Shown in pieces: positions 28,013 through 38,013 of a stretch of 64,000 bases of DNA; position 1 is the first letter of the stretch, and every line of letters begins with the position of its first letter. The notes beneath the pieces were generated by a model, which saw only the letters and a list, made by a program, of their open reading frames with translations, ran no database searches and had not been told where the DNA came from. The DNA is taken from contig JBKAGE010000080.1 of assembly GCA_046290225.1 (NCBI GenBank), positions 83,054 through 147,053 of the forward strand. Reading direction: 5' to 3'. Both the position numbers and the translations under genes were made by a program. The DNA comes from Bradymonadia bacterium (lineage in GTDB: Bacteria; Myxococcota_A; Bradymonadia; UBA7976; UBA1532).

Positions 28013-29046
28013 TGGCGATGAAGATTCTCAACTGGATCAGCGGCATCATCATCATTCTGTGGCTGGCCCCCAGCGCCTGCCTGGAGCGCATCGAGCCCGG
28101 TAAGATCGGCGTGCGCCGCAGCCTCTCTGGTGGTGTGAGCGAGGCCGACTTCAGGGTGGGCTACCACCTGTCGCTCCCCTTCTGGCACAGCTGGTATCAG
28201 CTCGACGGCACCCTGCACTACCTCGAGTTCAACCAGGCCTCCCCGGCGGGCTCTCTCGAGCTGCGCACCAAAGAGAACAACATCATCTTCATCGATCTCA
28301 CCATCCCCTTCCGCATCAAGAAGGACGAGGGCTGGCAGATCGTGAAAGAGGGCTTCTCCACCAGCTACAAGAGCAAGATGAAGTCCCAGGCCGTCGGCGT
28401 GTTGCGCAAAGAGCTCGCCGAGCTGTCCAGCCTCGACGTGCAGGTTCCCGAGAAGCGTCAGACCGTCGCCGAGAAGGCTCTGCCGCTGCTCAATGAGGCA
28501 TTGTCCCAGTATCACATCGAGGCCACCCACGTGATCATCCGGGGCATCCGGTTCCGACAGCAGTACGAGCAGAAGCTGCAGAACAAGCAGCTCTACATCG
28601 TGCAGGGTCGCCTCGACGAGGCCCTGGGCAAGGAGTCGAAGGCCCGGCAGGAGACCGAGACCCTCAAGAAGGTCATCGACAAGGATCTCGCCCTCAAAGC
28701 CGAGGAGTGGAACCGCAAGATCGAGGAAGAGAAGTCGACCTACGAGCTGCAGATCGCCCAGATTCAGGCCCAGACCAAGAAGTACGTCCGGGCCAAGAGG
28801 GCTCAGGCCGACGCCATGTTCTCCGAGCTCGAGGCTGAGGGTAACCTCGCCGAGGCCAAGGCCGCCGCCCTGGGCGAGAAGCTCAAAGCCGAGGCCCTGG
28901 CCAGCAAGGCCGGCCGCACCTTCAGCGCCATCGAAGCCGCCAAGCGGTTCCAGCTCGGCGACATCCAGCTCAACTCCAGCGATCCGCGGTTCTTGTACGA
29001 GTTCGGCAGTATGGCCGCGTGGCGACGGTTCTTCCTGGGAGAGTGA
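28012..29046 (+). CDS. Second SPFH-domain protein
   Basis: RIEPGKIGVR, GYHLSLPF, coiled-coil tail; TAATG coupling to the upstream gene. Confidence 0.78.
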   Translation: MAMKILNWISGIIIILWLAPSACLERIEPGKIGVRRSLSGGVSEADFRVGYHLSLPFWHSWYQLDGTLHYLEFNQASPAGSLELRTKENNIIFIDLTIPFRIKKDEGWQIVKEGFSTSYKSKMKSQAVGVLRKELAELSSLDVQVPEKRQTVAEKALPLLNEALSQYHIEATHVIIRGIRFRQQYEQKLQNKQLYIVQGRLDEALGKESKARQETETLKKVIDKDLALKAEEWNRKIEEEKSTYELQIAQIQAQTKKYVRAKRAQADAMFSELEAEGNLAEAKAAALGEKLKAEALASKAGRTFSAIEAAKRFQLGDIQLNSSDPRFLYEFGSMAAWRRFFLGE

Positions 29047-29049
29047 TCA

Positions 29050-29643
29050 GTGCTGCCTCGTTTGATCTTCTTCGCCGTGCTCATCGGCGGCGCCCTGTGG
29101 ACCTACCGGCGATGGCAAATCATTCAGGCCCTCAAGCTGCCCGAGGTACCCGAGGACTGGCGCGAGCTCGCGAGCCGTGACGCCCGGGTCGCCGAGGCCA
29201 TCGACATGCGCGATCAGCTCGCCACTCAAGTCAGTCGTAAAGACAACCGGCTCGATCGAGATGTGCTGCGGGAGCTCGACGAGCTCGTCGGCGGAGTGGT
29301 GGAGCTCACCCGTCTGCGTCACCAGATGGAGCATCACCTCGATCGTCTCGACCCCAAGGCCCTCGAGCGTGACGCCCACTTGCTCGGCGAAGCAGCCCTC
29401 GAAGATCATCAAGCGCGCATCGACGATCTGCAGACCCGACCCAAGGCCCTGGAAGCGGCCGCAGCGGAGACCGTACACGCCTTGCGGCAGTTCCACCTCG
29501 AGACCCTCGAGGCGCTGAGCCACATGGCCCTCGACCCGCAGACGGTGAGCCGGCGGCTCCGTGTCCACACCGAGGCGCTCCAGCACCGTCTGAAGGCCGA
29601 GCGGGAGATTCAGGCGCTGCTTGGGCCAGAGCATCGCTCTTGA
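29050..29643 (+). CDS. Membrane-anchored helical hypothetical protein
   Basis: GTG start 3 nt after the SPFH stop; N-terminal TM; coiled-coil-like remainder. Confidence 0.65.
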   Translation: MLPRLIFFAVLIGGALWTYRRWQIIQALKLPEVPEDWRELASRDARVAEAIDMRDQLATQVSRKDNRLDRDVLRELDELVGGVVELTRLRHQMEHHLDRLDPKALERDAHLLGEAALEDHQARIDDLQTRPKALEAAAAETVHALRQFHLETLEALSHMALDPQTVSRRLRVHTEALQHRLKAEREIQALLGPEHRS

Positions 29644-29851
29644 TCTGCGGCTTCGGGTTGAGTATCTCTCAGACACGATCTGTGTGACACCATCACACAA
29701 AAACCTACTCATAATGGGTGGAGGTGGTTCACATGCTCAGCGCATATCATACTTCCCTGCATGATGGCCGATATGAGGGGGGTGAGCAGGACGCTTCACC
29801 ACACTCAGATCTGCGCATCTGGGTAACTCGCTACCCCCATGGTTTCCTGAC

Positions 29852-31114
29852 ATGACGACTCAAACCCTGCGCGAGGCGCCCATGAAGAAGTTGTACGACA
29901 GCACGGCTGGCCGCCTCTTTTCTCTCTCTCGGCGAAAGGGCGCCCCTCAGGCGTTGCTGGTGACTGCCTGGTTCCCCCCAGCCGTGGGTGGCAGTTGCGT
30001 GTTGTACGAGAACATCTACGGGTGGATGGCGCAGGAACGCGACGTGCCCGTGCAGGTCCTCACCGACGAGGTCCTGTCTCCGGGCGCCGACGGGCCCTTC
30101 GCCGGCATGCAGGTGCAGCGACGACCCATCCAGACGTTGGAGTGGGGGGTCACCGACTTCAAGGGCAGCATGCACCACCTCTCGGTGGTGAAGCGCATGC
30201 GACAGCTCTCTCGCGGACAGAAGACTGTGATCCACACGGGACGCGGGCTCCCCGAAGGCCTGTGGGCCTGGGCCAACCGCTACCTCGGCGGCGGCGCCCC
30301 CTATGTGTGCTGGGCCCATGGTGAGGAGATGTCTTTCTGCGCCGACTCCCGTGAGCTGGCCATGCTGATGCGCCCTGCGTATGGCGGCGCCGCCTTCTGC
30401 ATCGCCAACAGCAAGAACAGCGGCAGTCTGCTCGAAGGCATCGGCGTGCCCTCGAAGCGCATCAAGGTGGTCTACCCCGGGGTGAACCTCGACTACTTCA
30501 ACCCTGAAGATCACGACGGCTCAGCCATCAGGGCCCGCTACGCCCCGAACCCCGACGACATCTTGATGCTCACTGTGGGCCGTCTGCAGCGGCGCAAGGG
30601 CCACGACATGGCCATCAAGGCAGTGGCCCGTCTCAAGGACTCACACCCCAACCTCAAATACGTGATCCTGAGCGATGGTGAGGAGCGAGAGAACCTGCAG
30701 CAGCTCATCGACACGCACGATCTCGGCGATCGGGTGTTCCTCGTGGGCCAGATCGAGTGGGCCGACATGCCCAAGTACTACGCAGCCTGCGATCTGTTTG
30801 TGATGCCCAACCGCGACGATGGCTCTGATCTCGAAGGCTTCGGCATCGTCTTCATCGAGGCCCAGTCCATGGGGGTGCCGGTCATCGGCGGCCGCAGCGG
30901 TGGTGTGCCAGAGGCTGTGGGTGAAGGCGAAGTGGGCTTCCTCGCTGATGGCACTGACGCTGAAGACATCGCCCACCACATCGCTCGTCTGGCGGACGAC
31001 GAGGCCCTCCGACGTCGCTTCGGTGACGCGGGCAAGATCCGAGCGCGCCGCTTCACGTGGCAATCGGCAGCACAGCAGGTGTTGGACATTCACGAGGCAG
31101 CAGCAGAGACCTGA
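29852..31114 (+). CDS. GT4-family glycosyltransferase (PimB-like)
   Basis: FPPAVGG, HGEE, VGRLQRRKGHD, EGFGIVFIEA, SGGVPEAV; alternative start 29882. Confidence 0.9.
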   Translation: MTTQTLREAPMKKLYDSTAGRLFSLSRRKGAPQALLVTAWFPPAVGGSCVLYENIYGWMAQERDVPVQVLTDEVLSPGADGPFAGMQVQRRPIQTLEWGVTDFKGSMHHLSVVKRMRQLSRGQKTVIHTGRGLPEGLWAWANRYLGGGAPYVCWAHGEEMSFCADSRELAMLMRPAYGGAAFCIANSKNSGSLLEGIGVPSKRIKVVYPGVNLDYFNPEDHDGSAIRARYAPNPDDILMLTVGRLQRRKGHDMAIKAVARLKDSHPNLKYVILSDGEERENLQQLIDTHDLGDRVFLVGQIEWADMPKYYAACDLFVMPNRDDGSDLEGFGIVFIEAQSMGVPVIGGRSGGVPEAVGEGEVGFLADGTDAEDIAHHIARLADDEALRRRFGDAGKIRARRFTWQSAAQQVLDIHEAAAET

Positions 31115-31119
31115 TGGTG

Positions 31120-31532
31120 GAGCGGACGGCCGTGCTTGCGCACCGCCTGTAGTGGACGGCCGTGCTGCGCACCGCCTGTAGCGGACGCCTGAACCAGCTG
31201 CGCCTTGCAGAGCTGTAGCGGACGCCGAGTCTGCCTTCGGCAGCCTGAGCTGTAGCTTTCTAAGAGACTTTTGGTGTGGCTGGTGGGTTTCTCAACCCAG
31301 GTAGGGGCTTACGCCGGAAGTGGTCTGTCAGGGGCCAACAGCGTCTGCGGAAGATGAATCTACACACGCCCCCCTCAACTGATCTTCAAACAGCTACAGG
31401 GAATTTGCCGGAGGCAAATGAGCGCCCGCTACAGCTCTGAGCCAGCGTAGCTGGTTCAGGCGTCCGCTACAGGCTGTCGCCGTAAGGCGATGACCGTCCG
31501 CTACAGGCGGCCCAAAGGGCGGCCGTCCGCTC
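31120..31532. repeat. Palindromic element C: inverted copy of element B
   Basis: Core TGGTGTGGCTGGTGGGTTTCTCAACCCAGGTAGGGGCTTACGCCGGAA...CAACTGATCTTCAAA is the near-identical reverse complement of the 25866-26000 core; same repeat/hairpin arms. Confidence 0.9.
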
Positions 31533-31749
31533 AGCCCGCGATCCAGCCGAGCATGGCGGTCAACCCACACATCGCGACGCAACCGACAAGCAGGGTGCCT
31601 GCAGGGCCGGTGACATCGATCATTCGGGTGTAGCGTACATGCAAGGTCTTCAGGCTGCTCATCATCTCGCCTTTTGGGCAGTCGTTTCACCAGAGCGCTT
31701 AGCATGTGACATGCCAGATGGGCAGGTGTCGAGTTTTCAAGGGGATGGC

Positions 31750-31790
31750 GGCCTCGCCGTGAGGCCAATGCTTTTTAAAGCATCTTTTTT
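31750..31790 (+). terminator. Possible intrinsic terminator
   Basis: GGCCTC-GCCGT-GAGGCC and ATGCTTT-TT-AAAGCAT hairpins followed by T6, between convergent units. Confidence 0.35.
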
Positions 31791-31819
31791 ATCTACTGTG
31801 CTGTGATTTACAGCATCAT

Positions 31820-32293
31820 TCAGCCGTGGCTGCTGAGGCCTGTCAGATGCTCCATCAGGCGCCTGATCTCGTCCGGCGTCACCGCGTCGGGCACCCAGTT
31901 GAGATTGCGGTGCACACGCTGCAAATGACGCAGGCGGGGCTGCTCTCGGGAGAAGTCGTAGGACAAGATGACCGGCACATCGCTGTGGCCGCCTTGTTTG
32001 AGGGCGTTCAAGATGAAGAGCCCCTGGTGATTGGCGAGATGGCGCCAGGCCCGGATGGGATCCCCATTGTGCTCCCGGGTGGCGGCGGCGTGATCTCCGA
32101 GCAAATCCCCCTCGGGGATGCGATCGAAGCGCATGTCGAGGTAGACGAGATCGATGGCCTCCCCAGGGCCTCGCTGCGACAGCCGGCTCAAGGCCGCAGC
32201 CCCGCTGTGCACCTGGATGTAGGTCGGCCCGGCGACGAACCGGCTCAGGTTGTCGAGATACTCGTCGCCGTCTTCGATGATCAGCACCTTCAC
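31820..32293 (-). CDS. Stand-alone atypical response-regulator receiver domain
   Basis: GTG start overlapping the upstream stop; KVLIIEDG...LVYLDMRF...QGLFIL...PVIL. Confidence 0.75.
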   Translation of the reverse strand: MKVLIIEDGDEYLDNLSRFVAGPTYIQVHSGAAALSRLSQRGPGEAIDLVYLDMRFDRIPEGDLLGDHAAATREHNGDPIRAWRHLANHQGLFILNALKQGGHSDVPVILSYDFSREQPRLRHLQRVHRNLNWVPDAVTPDEIRRLMEHLTGLSSHG

Positions 32294-35211
32294 ATCAGGC
32301 TCCCTTCGAAGAGGTCTTCGTCGAAGCCCTCTTCTTCTTCTGCGTATACGCGGGGCAGCTTCACCACCACCGCCTTCTCCCAATCACCATCAGGCACCCG
32401 CACATCGAGAGTGCCCTCGTATCGAGAGACCTGCTCGCCGGTGAGGCCGAGCCCCTCTTCGATGAAGCGCCCCTGCAGCATCTGGGTGGTGAGGGTCTGC
32501 GGTGATCGATCCCTGATCAAGAACACCACCCGCTCGATGCCCGTGATCATGTCCACCTCGACCTCGACGCCGAGGCCGATGGACAACGCCACCGGTGTGG
32601 ACCCCTCACCGGGATCGTGCCCCTGGCCGTGACGCATGCCCGACTGCAGGGCGTTGCGAATCAGGTTGGCCAGGATGTCTTCGAATGGCCCCCGAGGAAT
32701 ACACACGCCGATGGGGAGCGGGGCGTGTACGTCGAGGTGCAGCGGCCCCACGACGGCTTCAGAGAAGCCTGGCTCCCGTACGGTGCGCTCGAAGATGTCT
32801 TCGAGCAGGCCTTCGTCCACGGTGAGTACTTTGAGCTGGTCGAGCAGACGCCTGATCTCGCCGTAGCCGATCTCATTGAGCTGTGGCACTGCGCGGTTGA
32901 GCTGGCGGATGACGTCATCTCTGCGTTTGGGGGCCAGCGCCTCCACCCGGACGAGATCGGCGCTCACTCGAGAGAGCTGCTCGAACCCGGTGAGCAACGC
33001 CTTGAAGGCGGGATCTCGCCGCCTCAGGTTGAGCCGCAGCTTGTGAGCTCTGCCGATCTGGCGCAGCTGCTCGGCGTAGAGCTTCAGGCGGCCGTACACC
33101 CCCTCGTCTCCTCGGCGGGTGCCGAAGAGGCTGTGGCAGACATGGCGGGCCTTGTCACCGGCGGGCTGCCCCGCCTCGAGGGCGCTCACGAGGCCGGTGA
33201 GCACCATGGTGTTGTGCTTGAGCACCTCGTGGCGCACGGCAGACAGCACCCGCTGCACATCGGGGCCAGTCTCGGGGTGCTCGGTGATCAGGGTGGCCAG
33301 ATCGGTCCCCCCCCAGATACGCCGCCGCCACCCGAAAATGCCCACCCCGAGCAGCATCACGAGCCCGGCTCCCCAAATCGCCAGCCGCGTCAGGCGACCA
33401 TCGACCGTGCCCTTGAGCTGCTCGGCCTCCTGCACCGACCACTCCGAGGCCCCGGCGCTGAGCACGTCTTTGAGGTGAGCGCGGGCTTCGAGCAGGGCGC
33501 CGAGGCCTCTCAAGTCGCCTACGGGGCCCCACGCGTCGGGGGCCTCTTCGAGGGCGACGCGGGCGAGGGACAGGGCCGCGTCGACTGATCCTCGCGCCCG
33601 GGCTCGGGCCCAGGCGGTGCGGGCGTCTTCGGGCCGATCGAGCTTCCACAAGACCTGACCCATGAGGGCGTGGGTCTCAGGGCGCGCGTCATCGAGGGTC
33701 AAGGCGCGCTCCAGAGGCAGAATCGCCTCGGCCCAGCGCTCGGCGCTCACCAGTATCAGCGCCTCGAGGTTGAGCACCTCGGCCCCCCGATCCTCTTCGG
33801 GCAGCTGCTGCAAGGCCACCAGGGCTTCATCTGGACGCCCCTGGCTGAGCATGGCCCGAGCCGCCTTGAGAGTCGCGATCACCGAGCGATCGACAGGATC
33901 GCTCGCCGGCCCGGGCTCGAGGGGCTGATCGACCCCGTCGGGGAGCACCCGCAGCAGCTCGGCCTTGAGGGCCTGGGCCCGCTCTCGCTGGGTGCCGCCG
34001 CCTTCGAGGTAGCGCTCCACATGGGCCAGGGCCCGAGGCAGGCGACCTGCGGCGCGACACGCCCGGGCCATGCTCAGGTTCAGCTCGATCCAATCAGGGC
34101 GAGCGTCGAGGGCGCGGCCGAGAAACAGGCGGGCTTCACCGGCACGCTCGGGGATGCTCAAGTACAGCCGCCCGAGGCGGGCATGAACCTCGGCGTCTCC
34201 CTGCTCGATGCTCATGGCCCGCAGCAGGGCCATCTCACCGGCCTTCACCTCGCCGGCGGCCACTCTCAGGGCGCCGAGCTCGGACCAGGCCTTGGCATAC
34301 TGCGGCGCCTGTGACAGGGCCTCGTCGAGCAACCGGCGGGCATCTTCTACGCGGCCCTGGCCGATCATGCGGGTGGCTTGCTCCACCAGCCCACGGGTCT
34401 GCACGGGGATCTCGTCGTCCGGGCCCGACCAGCCGAAGCGGCGCGCCGTGCGCTCCACCTCGATCTCACGGACCGCTTGACGGGCAGCCTCATATGCTGG
34501 CCCGCCGCGCTGGCCGGCGACGATCTCCTTGTACCAGCGCAGCGCCTCGTCCTCTTCGCCAAGGCTGCGGTGGAAGTCAGCGATCTCCTTACGATCTCCG
34601 TCTTCGAGGGGCGACGCCTTGGACAGCTCGCGGTAGAAGCGCCGGGCCTCTTCGGTGCGACCCTGTAGATCAGCCACCCGCGCCTGACGGCGGATGACGT
34701 CGGGGAAGTTGCCTTTGATGCCCCGGGCCTTCTGCAGCAACCTCGCCACCTCGTCGAGGCGCTTGGGCGTCGACGGCCGCTCGAGGAGCAGATCGACGAG
34801 GTTGATGTGGGCCACATAGCGCTTGGGCGAGGCCTTGAGCGCCAAGCGGTAGTAACGCTCTGCGGCCTTGAGATCACCGAGCCGGTGATGCAGGTAGCCC
34901 GCGTTGTTGAGGATCTCGGGATCCTCCGGCGCCGCCTTGTAGGCTTGGCGAATCGCCCTCAGAGCCCCTGGGTAGTCACCGGCTTTGTAGAGGCGCAGGG
35001 CCCGCTTATTTTTGTCACGGGCGAGATTTCGAAAGGCGTTGTCGAAGTCTTTGAGCAGGGCCTTTCGATCGACCACGTCCGCGTCGGGCAGAGGGGACAC
35101 AGGGGCTGTGAGCCCGGCGTCGAGGGCGTCGGAATCTGGGGCGGCCTTCTGAGCAGAGGCGACGAGGGGCAACCACGCCAGCACCACCCATGACCAACAC
35201 CATCTGCTCAT
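32290..35211 (-). CDS. TPR-repeat membrane protein with C-terminal histidine-kinase-like domain
   Basis: Signal peptide; many TPRs; TM (LAIWGAGLVMLLGVGIFGW); H-box-like RHEVLKH; N-box ANLIRNA; IRD; GLGL. Confidence 0.75.
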   Translation of the reverse strand: MSRWCWSWVVLAWLPLVASAQKAAPDSDALDAGLTAPVSPLPDADVVDRKALLKDFDNAFRNLARDKNKRALRLYKAGDYPGALRAIRQAYKAAPEDPEILNNAGYLHHRLGDLKAAERYYRLALKASPKRYVAHINLVDLLLERPSTPKRLDEVARLLQKARGIKGNFPDVIRRQARVADLQGRTEEARRFYRELSKASPLEDGDRKEIADFHRSLGEEDEALRWYKEIVAGQRGGPAYEAARQAVREIEVERTARRFGWSGPDDEIPVQTRGLVEQATRMIGQGRVEDARRLLDEALSQAPQYAKAWSELGALRVAAGEVKAGEMALLRAMSIEQGDAEVHARLGRLYLSIPERAGEARLFLGRALDARPDWIELNLSMARACRAAGRLPRALAHVERYLEGGGTQRERAQALKAELLRVLPDGVDQPLEPGPASDPVDRSVIATLKAARAMLSQGRPDEALVALQQLPEEDRGAEVLNLEALILVSAERWAEAILPLERALTLDDARPETHALMGQVLWKLDRPEDARTAWARARARGSVDAALSLARVALEEAPDAWGPVGDLRGLGALLEARAHLKDVLSAGASEWSVQEAEQLKGTVDGRLTRLAIWGAGLVMLLGVGIFGWRRRIWGGTDLATLITEHPETGPDVQRVLSAVRHEVLKHNTMVLTGLVSALEAGQPAGDKARHVCHSLFGTRRGDEGVYGRLKLYAEQLRQIGRAHKLRLNLRRRDPAFKALLTGFEQLSRVSADLVRVEALAPKRRDDVIRQLNRAVPQLNEIGYGEIRRLLDQLKVLTVDEGLLEDIFERTVREPGFSEAVVGPLHLDVHAPLPIGVCIPRGPFEDILANLIRNALQSGMRHGQGHDPGEGSTPVALSIGLGVEVEVDMITGIERVVFLIRDRSPQTLTTQMLQGRFIEEGLGLTGEQVSRYEGTLDVRVPDGDWEKAVVVKLPRVYAEEEEGFDEDLFEGSLM

Positions 35212-36881
35212 CTCGATCTCAGCTCCCTGACCTTCAAGCCGAGCTGGTTGAACCGCAAACGGACCGCTCGACCCTTCTCGCTGTCTCCCAGCAACCGGTG
35301 TGCCATCTGCGCAAAGTCCCCATCGGTCTGATGGAACAGCGCGGTGAGGTACTGACGTTCCACAGCGTTCGAAACACCATTGAGGGTGTCGGCAGGGGCG
35401 AGGGTGACGCCGAAGGCGTTCGGATCACCGGTAGAGGCCTGCTCGGCACCTGCTGACGGCGCGAGCACCTCGGCGGCGGCGATGAGCTCGCTCACCAGCG
35501 TAGAGTCCACCTGCAAGCGGCGGGACTCCAAGGTGACCCCACCGTGTACGGCGTCCACGGCGGCGACGAGGGTGAAGGTCACGAGGTTGTGCATGACCAT
35601 GGCCAGCTCGCGCACGTTGCCGGGCCACCGGTGGGCGGCGAGGCGGCGCCAGGCCGGGTCGGGGATCGACAACAACAACGACTGGTCGAGGGCTCGACCT
35701 GCAGCTCCAGCGCCCTTGCCCCCCTTCTTCCGCACCACGAGGGCCATGGGGGCATCTGCCGGCAATCCAGCGCTCCGGGCCACCACCGCCTTGAGCTCGA
35801 TGTTGTCGGCGGCCTCGGCGGCCTGCGCCACGAAGCGTTGAGCCAGAAACAGCAGATCGGCTCTGCGGGCCCTCAGCGGCGGCAGGAGCACACGGGTGGC
35901 CGGCGACAAGCGCATGTAGAGGTCGGGGCGGAACTTCCCCTCGGCGACGGCCTGAGCCAGGGGGGCGTTGCTCGCCACCACCACCTTCACGTCCACCACC
36001 CGCTCTTTCGACGCCCCGAGCGGGCGCACCCGGCCTTCCTGGAGCACCCACAGCAGCTGCTTTTGCACCTCGAGGGGGATGTTCTGGATCTCGTCGATGA
36101 AGAGGGTGCCGCCGTGGGCCAGCTCGAAGACCCCTTTTCGGTCAGTCACCGCCCCAGTGTACGCGCCCCGCAACGCCCCGAAGAGGTGGGCCGGGATCAG
36201 ATCTCGGGGAATCGTCGACAGATCCACGGTGACAAAGGGCCCGGAGCGGCCGCTGTTGGCGTGTACGAAGCGCTCCGCAAGGAAGCTCTTGCCGGTGCCC
36301 GTCTCTCCTTCGACGATGATGGGCAGTCGGCCCCGAGCGAGGACCGACAAGCGCCGGCGCAGCTGAGCCATCGCAGGATCTCGACCCCAGAGCAGGCCCG
36401 ACTCTTCGAGACCTTGTGCGGCCTCCTGCAGCGCCGAGTGAATCCGAATGCGCAGGGCGTCGAGATCCTCGCCGTCGAGGAAGTAGGTCATCGACTGACC
36501 CGCGAGATCGTCACCGAGGCCGCTGAGTGAGACATCTTCGAGGGCGGTGAGCAGCACCACAGGCAGGCTCGGGTACCGGGCCCGAATCGCCTTCAAGATG
36601 GCCAGACCCTGGAACCGTCGGGTCCGCCTCAGGCTCACCCCCTCCGCCAGGGGGAGCAGCCGATCTTCCGGCACGTCGAAGTGCAGGTCGAGCAAGGCCA
36701 CGTCAACCTCTGCGGCCCGGGCCTCAAGGAACGCCAGAGCAGAAGGCCCGTCAGGCAGGCACTTCGCCGGATGCTCTCCGTTGAACCCGCTCGGATCGAG
36801 CAACGTGAACTCCGACATGCGGTGCTCCACCAGCTCGGCGTAGGCTTCTCCGTCATCTATGACCAGCACCCTGGGGCTCAT
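35208..36881 (-). CDS. Sigma-54-dependent response regulator (REC + AAA+), GAYTGA variant
   Basis: VLVIDDG; GETGTGKS; HLFGALRGAYTGA; LFIDEI; WPGNVREL. Confidence 0.88.
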   Translation of the reverse strand: MSPRVLVIDDGEAYAELVEHRMSEFTLLDPSGFNGEHPAKCLPDGPSALAFLEARAAEVDVALLDLHFDVPEDRLLPLAEGVSLRRTRRFQGLAILKAIRARYPSLPVVLLTALEDVSLSGLGDDLAGQSMTYFLDGEDLDALRIRIHSALQEAAQGLEESGLLWGRDPAMAQLRRRLSVLARGRLPIIVEGETGTGKSFLAERFVHANSGRSGPFVTVDLSTIPRDLIPAHLFGALRGAYTGAVTDRKGVFELAHGGTLFIDEIQNIPLEVQKQLLWVLQEGRVRPLGASKERVVDVKVVVASNAPLAQAVAEGKFRPDLYMRLSPATRVLLPPLRARRADLLFLAQRFVAQAAEAADNIELKAVVARSAGLPADAPMALVVRKKGGKGAGAAGRALDQSLLLSIPDPAWRRLAAHRWPGNVRELAMVMHNLVTFTLVAAVDAVHGGVTLESRRLQVDSTLVSELIAAAEVLAPSAGAEQASTGDPNAFGVTLAPADTLNGVSNAVERQYLTALFHQTDGDFAQMAHRLLGDSEKGRAVRLRFNQLGLKVRELRSR

Positions 36882-37264
36882 CGGGCATGCACCTCGTCGG
36901 CGAGATCGCGGATCGCGTCGGCGACAGCGCTCATGTCGTCGAGGGCCCGCTGGCGATCGATGGGGGCAGAGTCGGCGAGGCTGGCTTCCCAGCCCAGTGC
37001 CTGACGCACCGCCGCTTCGAGGGGGGCGAAGGCGCTGAAGGCGCGCAGGGTCTCCCCCCCTTCGTCGACGATCTCCTGCCAGATCATGTGAGCCCCCCGC
37101 ACGCCTCTGGGGGTGCGCCGTGTGCGCTTGATGGCCGTCTCGAGGGCCTCGCGCACCTCACCGTCGGTGGCCTCTGCAGGTAAGAAAGCCAGTGGCTGCC
37201 GCAGATATTTACCGAGGTCGTGCTGTAAATCGGCCACCAGATCGATCAGGTCATCGTGATGCAT
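36878..37264 (-). CDS. Small helical protein with H-box-like motif (LQHDLGKY)
   Basis: Overlap-coupled to both neighbours; HDL motif near the N-terminus resembles a HisKA phospho-acceptor helix. Confidence 0.65.
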   Translation of the reverse strand: MHHDDLIDLVADLQHDLGKYLRQPLAFLPAEATDGEVREALETAIKRTRRTPRGVRGAHMIWQEIVDEGGETLRAFSAFAPLEAAVRQALGWEASLADSAPIDRQRALDDMSAVADAIRDLADEVHAR

Positions 37265-38013
37265 CAGCTCTCCTGCTCCGTAGGGCGCATCAGGATGTCG
37301 TGAATCTGCGCGTGGGGTGGCTGGCCGAGGGCGTAGACCACCGCCTGGGCCACATCTTCACTCTGCAGACAGGTGTATTGACCATAGGTGGCCTCGGCGG
37401 CGGCGTCACTCTTGTGATAGTGGGCCGCGAAGCCCGTCTCGACATAGCCGGGGCTGATGGCGGTCACCCTGCTCTGACGCCCCGCCGCCCGCAGCTCGAG
37501 GCGCAGCCCCTCAGTGAGAGATCGCACGGCATATTTCGTCGCTGAGTACACCCCACTCTCCAAGGGTACGCGATGGCCCGCCATGGAGGAGATGTGGATC
37601 ACATGACCCTGATCACCTCGACGCGCTATGTCGGCGAGGGCCTCTCGCGTGCAGATGCACAGGGCGAGCACATTGACCTCGAGCATCTCTCGCCAGTGAT
37701 GCGTCTGCCCTGTGGTCAGCGGCGCCTTGTGGCCCAGGCCGGCATTGTTCACCAGCACGTCCACACCGCCCCAGCGGGCTCTGATCGCCTCGAAGGCCTG
37801 CACGATCTGCGCTTCGTCTCTCAAATCGACCTGCTGAGGCACCACCCCCGGGGCCTCTTCAGCGAGAGACTCCAGGGCATCGAGGCGCCGAGCCCAGGCG
37901 GCCACGTGCATTCCGTGTGACGCGAGCAGCTTTGCCGTGGCCCGGCCGATGCCCCCAGAGGCTCCAGTGACCAGCGCCACCTGCCCTGACCAGCGCTCCA
38001 TCCCAGTGCTCAT
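37264..38013 (-). CDS. Short-chain dehydrogenase/reductase (DHRS11-like)
   Basis: TGASGGIG, NNAG, YSATK, ISPG. Confidence 0.92.
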   Translation of the reverse strand: MSTGMERWSGQVALVTGASGGIGRATAKLLASHGMHVAAWARRLDALESLAEEAPGVVPQQVDLRDEAQIVQAFEAIRARWGGVDVLVNNAGLGHKAPLTTGQTHHWREMLEVNVLALCICTREALADIARRGDQGHVIHISSMAGHRVPLESGVYSATKYAVRSLTEGLRLELRAAGRQSRVTAISPGYVETGFAAHYHKSDAAAEATYGQYTCLQSEDVAQAVVYALGQPPHAQIHDILMRPTEQES

